A stretch of 64,000 nt of DNA from Thermofilaceae archaeon (GTDB lineage: Archaea > Thermoproteota > Thermoprotei > Thermofilales > Thermofilaceae). The first letter of the stretch is position 1. Each line of letters begins with the position of its first letter. Both the position numbers and the translations under genes were made by a program. The notes below the pieces were generated by a model. That model was not told the DNA's origin. It made no database searches and worked only from the letters and a program-made list of their open reading frames with translations. This document shows positions 41,016 to 50,142 of this stretch, one piece after another. The stretch lies in assembly GCA_038861545.1 (NCBI GenBank), contig JAWCCZ010000001.1:288001-352000 (forward strand), written 5' to 3'.

Positions 41016-41774
41016 ATGAAAATAGGGCTTCAGCTTTTCTCAATTCGCGAAGCGTGTGCGCGCGACCTTCCCGGGACCCTTGAAGCCGTGGCTGAAATGG
41101 GTTACGAGGGAGTAGAGTTCGCCGGCTATTACGGAAGAAGCGCTTCAGAACTCCGCGAGCTTCTTGATAAATTCGGATTGGAGCCGGCAGGTACCCATAT
41201 AGGCATCGATGTCCTTAAGGACGAGAAACTCGATGAAACACTCAAGTTTCACAGTGAACTGGGTTTAAAATACCTTATCGTCCCGTGGATGCCGGAGGAT
41301 ATGCGCAACAGCAGGAATGCGTGGCTTAAGTCCGCTCGTTTCTTCAACCTAGTTTCAGGGCGGATTAAGAAGGAAGGCTTCCTTATCGGGTACCACAATC
41401 ACACAGAAGAATTTAAGCGATATGACGGTGAAACCGGATGGGAAATATTTGCCAAGGCAACTGTACCGGACGTTGTTTTACAGCTAGATGTTGGGAACGC
41501 AATGCATGGCGGGGCCTCTATGGATGATGTGTTGGGGTATATCAGAAGGTTCCCAGGGCGCAGCGGTACGATACACCTAAAGGAATTTTCTCGGAAAGAC
41601 CCTCAAGCGATACTTGGAGAGGGGGAGGTTCGTTGGAGGGACTTGCTTGAGGCATGCGTTAAGATAGGAGGTACAGAGTGGTTCATCGTTGAGCAAGAGA
41701 GCTACAAGTACCCTCCTCTAGAGTGTGTAAAGTTATGCTTGAGGAATCTCAAGCAGATACTAGAAACCCTTTAA
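41016..41774 (+). CDS. Sugar phosphate isomerase/epimerase (xylose-isomerase-like TIM barrel)
   Basis: GLQLFS, GYEGVEFAG, YHNH..EF, QLDVG, HLKE, VEQE. Confidence 0.87.
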   Translation: MKIGLQLFSIREACARDLPGTLEAVAEMGYEGVEFAGYYGRSASELRELLDKFGLEPAGTHIGIDVLKDEKLDETLKFHSELGLKYLIVPWMPEDMRNSRNAWLKSARFFNLVSGRIKKEGFLIGYHNHTEEFKRYDGETGWEIFAKATVPDVVLQLDVGNAMHGGASMDDVLGYIRRFPGRSGTIHLKEFSRKDPQAILGEGEVRWRDLLEACVKIGGTEWFIVEQESYKYPPLECVKLCLRNLKQILETL

Positions 41775-41805
41775 GGGTAAGCTTTTTTCGTTTTAAATAA
41801 GCTAG

Positions 41806-42096
41806 ATGGACGATATGCCGAGCATGGTTCGAGCTCACTTATTTATCAAAGGTTTTGTTCAAGGTGTCGGTTTCAGATGGTGGATGCAGAGCAATGCTAG
41901 ACGTCTTGGGGTTCGCGGGTGGGTTCGCAACTTATCGGATGGCCGTGTCGAAGCTGTGCTAGAAGGTTCCGAAGACAAAGTAAAGGAGCTAATAGCTCTG
42001 GTTCACCGGGGTCCTTCAAACGCGTACGTCGAAAACGTTGAGGTATTATGGGAGGAATATAGAGATGAGTTTAACGACTTTAGTATTCACTGGTGA
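41806..42096 (+). CDS. acyP: Acylphosphatase
   Basis: VQGVGFR and GWVRN.SDGRVE. Confidence 0.93.
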   Translation: MDDMPSMVRAHLFIKGFVQGVGFRWWMQSNARRLGVRGWVRNLSDGRVEAVLEGSEDKVKELIALVHRGPSNAYVENVEVLWEEYRDEFNDFSIHW

Positions 42097-42127
42097 TGAG
42101 AAGCGGCTTTGAGGTGGTTTCACGATA

Positions 42128-44173
42128 CTATAACGATTTTGACCGGGCGCAACTGATACGCCTTAAAACTATTGTGGATAGCACGGCAACTAATACAAAT
42201 AGTAAACTAACGACTAAGAGCGACTTTCGCTGAGATTCCACTTTAACAGTAACCTTGGTGCTAGACGGCAAGTAAAGATTACTACCGTTGTAGATTACCC
42301 AGATCGTCCAGTTGCCCTCTTCAAGTCGAAGTTTCGAGCTGAAGTAGCCATTGACGTCTGTCATTGCCGAAGTTTCTATGCTATTGAAGGATTCTGCAGT
42401 AATAGTTACCGTGGCGTTCGCTATCCGTGGTTCCAAGACTCCGGATATGGTCAGTGTATTGTCCGCGATACCGTAATCTACAGTCAACTTAGTAGGGATG
42501 CGAACAACAATCTTCGAGTTAACGTGCGCGCTATCGTAAGCCTCTGAGCCTTGCCAAAAGGCATCTAGTTTGTATTCACCGGGTTCCACTGCAGGGAGTT
42601 CGGCGTAAAGATACCCCTTGCTTGCTGGAAGAGTTAAAGCTTTTACTGTGCCATTGGGCAATGAAAGTAGAAGGGAGAAAGTAGTATTTAACGGGGGGTT
42701 TAACTGCGCCTGTATTAAGAGTGAAGAGTTGCCTGCTGTTGCGTTGAGTACTATTGAGCTCGGTAATTTCTCTACATAAACCGTAAATTCCCGTGAACAA
42801 GGCATGTATTCCGGTAAACCTGGGAATGTTACGTTAAATGTCCAGGTGCCTGCTTCATAGAAAGTAATTGAAAAGTTCCATTTCCCTGCAAGATCCGTTT
42901 TCACTACCTCAGTTATTTCGTGCCCACTAGGGCTTCTGACCTCGATTAAGAGAGTAGTATTCGAGGGAGATGGTTCCAGCAATCCATTAACCTCTATGTT
43001 CTCAAACGCCTTAGCTTTACTTGGGTATTCAATCTTTAGGCTTGTCCGCTTAACCCATGGCAAAGGTAACGGCTGGAAGAACCCGGTTACCCTCTTTAGG
43101 CTATCTCCCTTGCGCACAACAGCGTACTGAGTATAAAAGAAAAGCGGGGACGATAGAGACTCCGCGTACACCGCTCGCGATTCGCCGATATAATCCGTAT
43201 GGCAAATGTTTCCTATTCTTATAGTTGCTGTGGTGCGCCATTTCCAATGGTCTGACGTAGCCGAAGTGGCGATCGCATTGAGGGGGTTTTCCTTGCCCAG
43301 GTTATAGGTCAAATCTACGGGTAACCATCCCCAAGGTGGTACATAAACTTCAGCCCACCCATGCCCGTAATCTATGCCCAGGAAGCTCCAATAAAAGTGT
43401 GATCCAGGGGCCCAGCTTACTCTTTCGTTTCTGTAATTGAAATCCGTGATTAAGGCGATTTTTAGGTAAGAGGGAATTCCAAGTGAGCGCAGCATCAATA
43501 TTAGTAGGTTAGCCTGGTCGTCGCAGTCGCCTTCTCCTCTACCTTCGCTGATAAGAGCGGGCGGCAGCGTTTCATTCGGGTAACGTGGGGGTCCGGTTCC
43601 GTACTCCACTTTTTTCCACAACCATTCAGTTAATCGGGTGACAATTGCCAGAACATTTATTTCTTCCCCGGCAATCTCACGCGCCACCTCGGCTAGATAC
43701 GCCATGTTAACTTGGTCGTAACGCCAAGAGCCTTCCGCTTTCGTGTACAGTTTTAGCTCTGGCGGTATATGGCTTACGAACCCTGATAATTCGAAGCTGA
43801 GTTCCGGAGCCCTAAACCTTTCCACGTAAACTTCTGAAACAGCCGTAATTTCGAGTGTTCCCTTAGCGGGTAGGGACCGAGGGCATTGAACTTCGAGGTA
43901 CCTTGTGCCACAGTCGCCATCTGTGACGCGAGTACGGCAGTAAGCCTCAACTCCGTTTAGCTTCACAGTTACGTTGATCAACCTTGAGCGTTGATACGTG
44001 TCATTAAGAGGCAAGTCGAGGAGAAGGGGTTTAAGAGGATAAGGGTTTGTAGAGTTATTTACAACTGTTAAGCGAACCCAAAAATACACTTGAACGTTCT
44101 GAGGCTCTCCTAACGTTATGGTGGGATGTGCTAGAGTAAGCGTAAAAAGTAATACCAAAATTACCTTTCTCAA
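42128..44173 (-). CDS. Surface transglutaminase-like protease with Ig-like repeats and a C-terminal TM
   Basis: Signal peptide; GDCDD, HGWAEVY..GWLPVD triad; three Ig-like repeats. Confidence 0.82.
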   Translation of the reverse strand: MRKVILVLLFTLTLAHPTITLGEPQNVQVYFWVRLTVVNNSTNPYPLKPLLLDLPLNDTYQRSRLINVTVKLNGVEAYCRTRVTDGDCGTRYLEVQCPRSLPAKGTLEITAVSEVYVERFRAPELSFELSGFVSHIPPELKLYTKAEGSWRYDQVNMAYLAEVAREIAGEEINVLAIVTRLTEWLWKKVEYGTGPPRYPNETLPPALISEGRGEGDCDDQANLLILMLRSLGIPSYLKIALITDFNYRNERVSWAPGSHFYWSFLGIDYGHGWAEVYVPPWGWLPVDLTYNLGKENPLNAIATSATSDHWKWRTTATIRIGNICHTDYIGESRAVYAESLSSPLFFYTQYAVVRKGDSLKRVTGFFQPLPLPWVKRTSLKIEYPSKAKAFENIEVNGLLEPSPSNTTLLIEVRSPSGHEITEVVKTDLAGKWNFSITFYEAGTWTFNVTFPGLPEYMPCSREFTVYVEKLPSSIVLNATAGNSSLLIQAQLNPPLNTTFSLLLSLPNGTVKALTLPASKGYLYAELPAVEPGEYKLDAFWQGSEAYDSAHVNSKIVVRIPTKLTVDYGIADNTLTISGVLEPRIANATVTITAESFNSIETSAMTDVNGYFSSKLRLEEGNWTIWVIYNGSNLYLPSSTKVTVKVESQRKSLLVVSLLFVLVAVLSTIVLRRISCARSKSL

Positions 44174-44181
44174 TTAACCAC

Positions 44182-44871
44182 CTAAGCTGGGTAAGTTAAC
44201 GACTCTCCAGGTTTGAGCGTTACTACCTTTGTTGAGGTAAGTGTTTCAACCAGTTTCCTAAATTCCTCTGGATCAGCTCTTATTAGAGGGAAAGTGTTAT
44301 AATGCATAGGGATTGCAATTTTCGGCCTTAGCAGCTGAACAGCTTTTACCGCCTCCTTAACCCCCATGGTGAAATGACCGCCGATGGGAAGTAGCGCAAC
44401 GTCAGGCGAATAAAGCTCGCCGATTAGGGCCATGTCACCGAATAGCCCCGTATCGCCTGAGTGATATATTCTTGCCTCAGAGCCGCCGATCACTACACCA
44501 GTCGGTATTCCGCTTAAGCTGCTATGCACAGCCGGGGTTAGTGCAATGAAAAGATCATCCACTGATAGAGCTCCTCCAACGTTGCCGCCTATTGCCTCAA
44601 CCCCCTGAGTCCTTAGTCGATCAGCTAACTCGTATACGCCGACTATCACCCCCCTCGTTAGGTTGGAGAGCTCGATAGCGTTGCCTAGATGATCACCATG
44701 GTCATGTGTGATAACTATGTAGTTAATTTTAACGCCGCAGTAATCGGTTACCTTAACCGGGCTAAAGGGGTTCTCTAACCATGGATCAATAAGGACTCTT
44801 TTCTCTTCTGAATCGAGACCGATCAACTTTATGTCAAATGCCCCATGCCCGAGGTACTTAATTACCGCCAC
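44182..44871 (-). CDS. Metal-dependent hydrolase, metallo-beta-lactamase fold (UPF0173)
   Basis: THDHGDH, AVHSS, YHSGDT, PIGG.FTM, PMHYNTF. Confidence 0.9.
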   Translation of the reverse strand: MAVIKYLGHGAFDIKLIGLDSEEKRVLIDPWLENPFSPVKVTDYCGVKINYIVITHDHGDHLGNAIELSNLTRGVIVGVYELADRLRTQGVEAIGGNVGGALSVDDLFIALTPAVHSSLSGIPTGVVIGGSEARIYHSGDTGLFGDMALIGELYSPDVALLPIGGHFTMGVKEAVKAVQLLRPKIAIPMHYNTFPLIRADPEEFRKLVETLTSTKVVTLKPGESLTYPA

Positions 44872-44878
44872 TCCTCTT

Positions 44879-45421
44879 TTAATCTCCAGTGCGATATAAG
44901 TGCTTCCTTACCCATGAACGCTTGCCCGGAGTTACCGCGTACTTCTCTAAGGTTTCAGGGTGCTCCCTAATGAAAGCAAAGTAGGCTTGTCTACTTAGCG
45001 AGTCGGCTTCTTTGTTCCCCGAACGAGGCACCCACTCAAACCGCACATTTCTGAATCGGTTGATTAAGGTTACCGTGCGATGATAAAGAGGGGCTATACG
45101 CTGACTGTGGACAGAGTATTCCCCCTTAAGCTGACTGATCGTCAACTGGCTGTCGCCCCTTACAACCAGTTCCTCGTCAGAATAACCGTTCTCGAGTAAC
45201 CACTCAAGAGCCTTGATAAGAGCCATGTACTCAGCAACGTTATTCGTAACGTCATCGCCTAGGTAGCCTGCCCCAACAAACCCTCCTTCAGAATGCATTA
45301 AGCTGTCGCCTCTGTAGATTGTGAAGCCGTAAGTTGCAATGCCACCAGGGTTCACAGGCTCGCAAAGGCCGTCAAAATAGACGATAATTTTTACAGGGTT
45401 CCTTTCTACTTTTAAGGCCAT
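44879..45421 (-). CDS. rnhA: Ribonuclease HI (archaeal type 1)
   Basis: YFDG.CEP.NPG, TNNVAEY, GDSQL, WVPR..NKEAD.L. Confidence 0.9.
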   Translation of the reverse strand: MALKVERNPVKIIVYFDGLCEPVNPGGIATYGFTIYRGDSLMHSEGGFVGAGYLGDDVTNNVAEYMALIKALEWLLENGYSDEELVVRGDSQLTISQLKGEYSVHSQRIAPLYHRTVTLINRFRNVRFEWVPRSGNKEADSLSRQAYFAFIREHPETLEKYAVTPGKRSWVRKHLYRTGD

Positions 45422-45647
45422 CTTCTTTCATCCTATCGTGTAGGTGCACTACTATAACAAATCTTCTCTCCCCTAATTCTTCACCTAAAAATACGCTAAG
45501 CTGCCTCGAGCTACTAGCTACAATTATCAGTACCCTTAAATTGTAAGCAACTCTGATCGGAGAGGTTTCACGAAGAGTTAACGGTTGAATCAGTAGCAAT
45601 GCAACTTAAAGGTAGGATATTTTAACAAGTTTTTGCCTCGTAACTAG

Positions 45648-46568
45648 CTACTCTAGTATCACGGCGTCATCGGGTTCACCGTCCCCGTCCGAGTCAACTC
45701 CTTCAACTACGTGCGCTATTGTCCTGCGATCGGACGAGTTTGGCTTGGAGAGATCCGATCCTCGCTTAAACAGGGCGGATACTGCTGCTTTAGTCCCCGA
45801 GAGGTGCAACCCAGCTATCAATAATATTCGTCCAGTGCCAAGAGGGTTTTCTAAAAGCTCTATTACCGCGCAGTTTTCATCACCGTACTCCCTTTTCGAG
45901 AGCATGGAAACAATGAGATTTCCTCGAGATAGGTCGAAACGTATCGGGAGTTTATCGTTTACGCTTGCAGTCACCATGTTCACAGCTGGTCCCCCGAGGA
46001 GAAGAAGGTTGGCATTAGTTAAGTCTACATTGTGATCGGTATCGAGTACTACGTTAAGACGAGCTTTGGAGCCATACGCCGCACCGATAAGGTAGGCTAT
46101 GTGTGCAGCTAAGTGGTGGTCCCTTCCCCGGCTCCGGAACGGGCCATGAGGTTCAGGGCTACTTAAAACCATATAGACTGGTTTATCTTCCTTGAAAAGC
46201 TCCGCGATGAGTTGCGGGAGAACAGTAAGGTGCTCGCCTACCCCATGCTCGCGGAAAATAACAGCAAATCCCTCGGCCGCGAGCTCGTATTTGACCGCAA
46301 GCGCACCTCGCTTGCGGTCAATTCCAATTTCTTTTACAAGACCGGTTTTCTTTAAACGTGACATGTGGTAGTAGACCAACTGTTCATTAACTTTCAATGT
46401 CTTCGCGAGCTCTAATGGATACTGTGGCCCCTCTGCGAGTGCCCGCAGCAGCTTCAAACGAAGAGGATGCGCAATGGCTTTCATCACGTTTGAGTCTTTT
46501 ATCTCCTTTACGTATCCTTTTAGCCTGCCGCTATCCGTTTCTATTAGGGCGTATACACTGTTCTCCAT
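45648..46568 (-). CDS. ArsR-like wHTH regulator fused to an S-layer-C-like domain
   Basis: AHPLRLKLL..L, VYYH..L..GL; NLLLLGGPAVN, IAG...GT.AA; C-terminal GVDSDGDG. Confidence 0.72.
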   Translation of the reverse strand: MENSVYALIETDSGRLKGYVKEIKDSNVMKAIAHPLRLKLLRALAEGPQYPLELAKTLKVNEQLVYYHMSRLKKTGLVKEIGIDRKRGALAVKYELAAEGFAVIFREHGVGEHLTVLPQLIAELFKEDKPVYMVLSSPEPHGPFRSRGRDHHLAAHIAYLIGAAYGSKARLNVVLDTDHNVDLTNANLLLLGGPAVNMVTASVNDKLPIRFDLSRGNLIVSMLSKREYGDENCAVIELLENPLGTGRILLIAGLHLSGTKAAVSALFKRGSDLSKPNSSDRRTIAHVVEGVDSDGDGEPDDAVILE

Positions 46569-46694
46569 TGCAAAACCTCTTAAATTATTAAAAATAAGCT
46601 TTTCCCTTAATCATGTTAAAACGCTTACTTTATTTAATATTTTTTCAACTAAAAAGAAAGAAAAGTTAATTATACAGTATCTAGTCTGGCTCTT

Positions 46695-48005
46695 ATGCGA
46701 GTAGCTGTATTCGAAGACTCAGCAGCTTTAAATCTAATTCCTCTTACGTATACAAAGGCAATTTACGACTTGCTAGTAGGTTGCCGCACGCTTCTAGAGA
46801 GAGCATCCCTCGAATTTGGTCGCGTAGACTACGTTTTCGTTAGAAGCTACTTAGCCGGATTCTATGCTAAAGAACGAGGTTTGCCTACTAACCCCCGGGA
46901 AACGGATGATGATTTACTGCTAATCAATCCCCGGTATATCGTTAACCAGCCGGTAGTAGGTTTATTGAAAGCGAAGGTCAAAGAGGGTAGGCCCTTTATG
47001 CTTCTTCACGGTGATGATGTAGTTGGTGCTTTACTCCCTGAGCGCTCAGCTATGGAGTTATTAAATTCATATTCATACTCTGAAGAATTGGAGCATTTCC
47101 TTAAAAACTTAGAACTTAAATTCTACACTCTTAGCTTAGAGAGCGGTGAAGGAGTAGAAAACCTTTGGGATTTGATCGAGTGGAACGAGAAACTACTTAG
47201 CGCCGATCTTTTAGATCGCTGTGGAAGGCTAGAGGGTGATATTAGTGATAAAGCCGTAATTTTAGGCGATAAAATTTCTATCATGGAAGGCGCTGAAATA
47301 GGACCCTATGCGGTGATAGACTGTAGGAAGGGGCCTGTGTTTATCGATAAGAGAGCCGTAGTGAACTCTTTCTCCTACATTGAAGGGCCCTCACACATTG
47401 GCAAGGACACAGTGGTTATGCCTGGAGCTAAGTTGCGCGGAGGCATAGTAATCGGCCCTGTATGCCGAGTAGGCGGGGAAATCGAAGCAGCGGTTTTTCA
47501 CGGGTACAGTAACAAATACCATGATGGTTTCATTGGTCATGCATATGTTGGGGAGTGGGTAAATCTTGGAGCCCTAACTACTAACAGTGATCTTAAAAAT
47601 ACCTATGGCACGGTCAGAGTAAACACAGTCCGCGGAAGGGAAGATACGTGTAGGATGAAGGTAGGGGCTTTCATTGGGGATATGGCTAAAACCAGCATTG
47701 GCACTTTCATCTACACAGGCAAGCGTATAGGAGTAGCCTCGCACTCACATGGCTTAGTAGTAGAGGATGTGCCGTCCTTTACCATCTATGCGAAACAATT
47801 TGGGTGTGAGCTGCTTGAGCTAGAGCTTGAGTCGGCTATAAGAACCCAGAAAAGGATGATGGCTAGACGTGGGATACCTATGAGTGAAGCTATGGAACGC
47901 TTAATCCGGGATGTTTTTCGAATCACAGTTGAAGAAAGGCAAAAAGCCGGCGTGAAGCAGGGGCCGCTCAACTTAACACTTTCCCCCTTTTTGCAAGCCC
48001 GCTAG
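46695..48005 (+). CDS. GlmU-like putative sugar nucleotidyltransferase with a left-handed beta-helix
   Basis: FED....L.PLT.T...DL..G, hexapeptide repeats, NKYHDGFIGH.YVGEWVNLGA.T.NSDLKNTYG. Confidence 0.82.
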   Translation: MRVAVFEDSAALNLIPLTYTKAIYDLLVGCRTLLERASLEFGRVDYVFVRSYLAGFYAKERGLPTNPRETDDDLLLINPRYIVNQPVVGLLKAKVKEGRPFMLLHGDDVVGALLPERSAMELLNSYSYSEELEHFLKNLELKFYTLSLESGEGVENLWDLIEWNEKLLSADLLDRCGRLEGDISDKAVILGDKISIMEGAEIGPYAVIDCRKGPVFIDKRAVVNSFSYIEGPSHIGKDTVVMPGAKLRGGIVIGPVCRVGGEIEAAVFHGYSNKYHDGFIGHAYVGEWVNLGALTTNSDLKNTYGTVRVNTVRGREDTCRMKVGAFIGDMAKTSIGTFIYTGKRIGVASHSHGLVVEDVPSFTIYAKQFGCELLELELESAIRTQKRMMARRGIPMSEAMERLIRDVFRITVEERQKAGVKQGPLNLTLSPFLQAR

Positions 48006-48081
48006 CTTGGCAAGTAGTCAGTTCAGTGCTATGTGCCCAGCAATGCGAAAAAATTTTTTGAGTCGGTTGTAGACTCTTGTC

Positions 48082-48957
48082 ATGGTCCCCACATTCATTT
48101 TAGTTGTAACGTTGATAGCACTGCTCCATATATTCAAGGATGGAGGGTTTGGAGAGGAGTCAAAGTTGCAGTTGCTGCTTCACACCTTCTACGCCAGGAT
48201 TGAACCCGGGGTAGTATGGTTTACCGATAAACTGTTGCGATCTAGGTTGCTATCCGAAACTAAGCCTGGCAGATTAATTTTAAAGTTTATTGCTAAGATT
48301 CTGTGGTTCCTGCCTCATGGGGTAGTTATAGACCATGATGCAGTACTTAGGCTGATTGATAGTCTTCCAGAAGATTCGCATATCGCAATAGGCCCTTGTC
48401 TTTGTAAAATCGGAGCTGGAACCAGAGAAGAACCGTTTAACACGGATATGGTGATAATGTACGGTGCTAAAGCATACAAACTTGCGCATCCCAACGAGTA
48501 TAGGTATATATCGAAGGATGAGGCAAAAAATCTCTTAAGGAAATTCAGGGATCATAACTTAGTCCACGAGGTATACGCATGCTTTGAAGCTAGATCCTGG
48601 GCGTTTGTCATTTGCAACTGTGATGTACGTTACTGTGTCCCAACTCGAAGCCAACTCGTAGTAAAGGAAGGTGTATACCCTGGGCCGCTCGTAGCTGAGG
48701 TAAGAACGGAGAAGTGCGCCGGTCTCGAAAGCTGTGGGGCTTGCTTAAAAGTGTGCCCGTTTAAAGCCGTAGCTACAACTGGCGGGGGGAGATCCTCTGT
48801 AGACTTAACCAAGTGTATGGGTTGCGGAATATGCGTTTATCGGTGCCCTCAAGGTGCGAGGAGGTTAAAGCCAAGGGTGAGATACAATCCTCGCTTCCTC
48901 CCGATTCATTTTACACACCCTGAACTCGCCGAACATTTAAATCTCGAAAATGAGTAA
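48082..48957 (+). CDS. Membrane-anchored 4Fe-4S-binding protein
   Basis: N-terminal TM, CLC and CNC...C motifs, two ferredoxin-type Cys motifs. Confidence 0.75.
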   Translation: MVPTFILVVTLIALLHIFKDGGFGEESKLQLLLHTFYARIEPGVVWFTDKLLRSRLLSETKPGRLILKFIAKILWFLPHGVVIDHDAVLRLIDSLPEDSHIAIGPCLCKIGAGTREEPFNTDMVIMYGAKAYKLAHPNEYRYISKDEAKNLLRKFRDHNLVHEVYACFEARSWAFVICNCDVRYCVPTRSQLVVKEGVYPGPLVAEVRTEKCAGLESCGACLKVCPFKAVATTGGGRSSVDLTKCMGCGICVYRCPQGARRLKPRVRYNPRFLPIHFTHPELAEHLNLENE

Positions 48958-48958
48958 A

Positions 48959-50089
48959 CTACGATCCAATTTTCTTAAACCTGGCTAAACTCAGCCTGCG
49001 TTCCCTCTTTCTCTCTTTTGTTTTTGTGAATCTCTTGTAAGCCGCATCTACAGCTTCGATAGCCGCTTCAACTGGATTCCAAGCTTCAGCCGATGCAGAA
49101 TGCACTCCCACGTCCAGCTTTATTGCCGCGTGAGCCTCGTAGCGGGCTCGTTCGCCTTTCCTTCTGGTTTTTAGCACAACGCTCATTTCTATAAGGCGTC
49201 CCCTTTCAGATACTAGCTTAGCAGTTTCGAAACATTTCATATGAATCAAGCGTTGCGATACGAAGTCCAGCTCGCTTAGGCCTTCCAGGCGGAGTGGGAT
49301 AGCGGCTTCCTCGACTGCCGGTAAGAGCCGGCGGAGAAGTAGGTATGGCGAGATTACGCCCAGAACTTTACCTGCGTTATCAACTACAATGGCCCCCTCG
49401 GCTAGATCATGTACCGTCGGCACGCTTTCGGGGTGGATTATTCGGCTGTATTCGATAACTAGCTTCTTAACAGGTTGCTCAAGGAAATATTCGACGTCTC
49501 CTTTAATCTCTCCAATTTTATCCCTTTTAAGAGGAGTCACGTACAGGTACCGCACTAAGTCGTAGGCTCGAACAACTCCTTCTAAACTTTTTTCGCCGGC
49601 AACGGGGACGAGCCTCAATCCCACGTTCACGGTTAATTTCCGAGCTTTCTCTATAGGATCCTCGGGGCGCAGAGGCTCAAGCGGGTACATGATCAAACCC
49701 GCTGGAGCGTTCGCGTTTACCCCCATTGCTAAGATGAGTTTCCTAGCAGACACCACTCCCTCCACAGTTCCGTCTTTCACGAAAGCTAGCCCGGGAAAAC
49801 CAGTCCTAACGAAGGCCCGAGCTATGCTTATGAGGTCCGTTGCATCTTCGATAACCGGCGCTTTCTCAACAACGTTTCGAATTTTCGTCGAGCTTGGAGC
49901 GCGTTTTCGAAGCAGAGAAAAGATGGAAACTAGACCAGTGTATTTTCCCTCGTTGCTGACCACAGGTAAAGCGGGTACTTCCATCTCCCACATCTTTTCG
50001 GCGGCCAGCGATATTGTATCGTTTAATCTAAGAGGTTGGACGGGTACTATGAGGTCAAGTCTAGAAGCCTTACCCAAATTCATAAACAT
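48959..50089 (-). CDS. CBS-domain protein with a C-terminal HPF/RaiA-like domain (ribosome hibernation factor candidate)
   Basis: Four CBS repeats, then IPLRLEG..helix..MSVVLK..RYEAHAAI..HSASAEAWNPVEAAIEAV...K-rich tail. Confidence 0.7.
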   Translation of the reverse strand: MFMNLGKASRLDLIVPVQPLRLNDTISLAAEKMWEMEVPALPVVSNEGKYTGLVSIFSLLRKRAPSSTKIRNVVEKAPVIEDATDLISIARAFVRTGFPGLAFVKDGTVEGVVSARKLILAMGVNANAPAGLIMYPLEPLRPEDPIEKARKLTVNVGLRLVPVAGEKSLEGVVRAYDLVRYLYVTPLKRDKIGEIKGDVEYFLEQPVKKLVIEYSRIIHPESVPTVHDLAEGAIVVDNAGKVLGVISPYLLLRRLLPAVEEAAIPLRLEGLSELDFVSQRLIHMKCFETAKLVSERGRLIEMSVVLKTRRKGERARYEAHAAIKLDVGVHSASAEAWNPVEAAIEAVDAAYKRFTKTKERKRERRLSLARFKKIGS

Positions 50090-50142
50090 GTATACGCCGT
50101 AAAAGAAGTATAAAAGGTATACGTAAGTCGTCTAGCGAGAGC

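Noticed and set aside
42093-42155. C/D-box sRNA starting at GTGATGA over the acylphosphatase stop codon
   Set aside because: No convincing D'/C' pair or spacing; it overlaps the convergent CDS.
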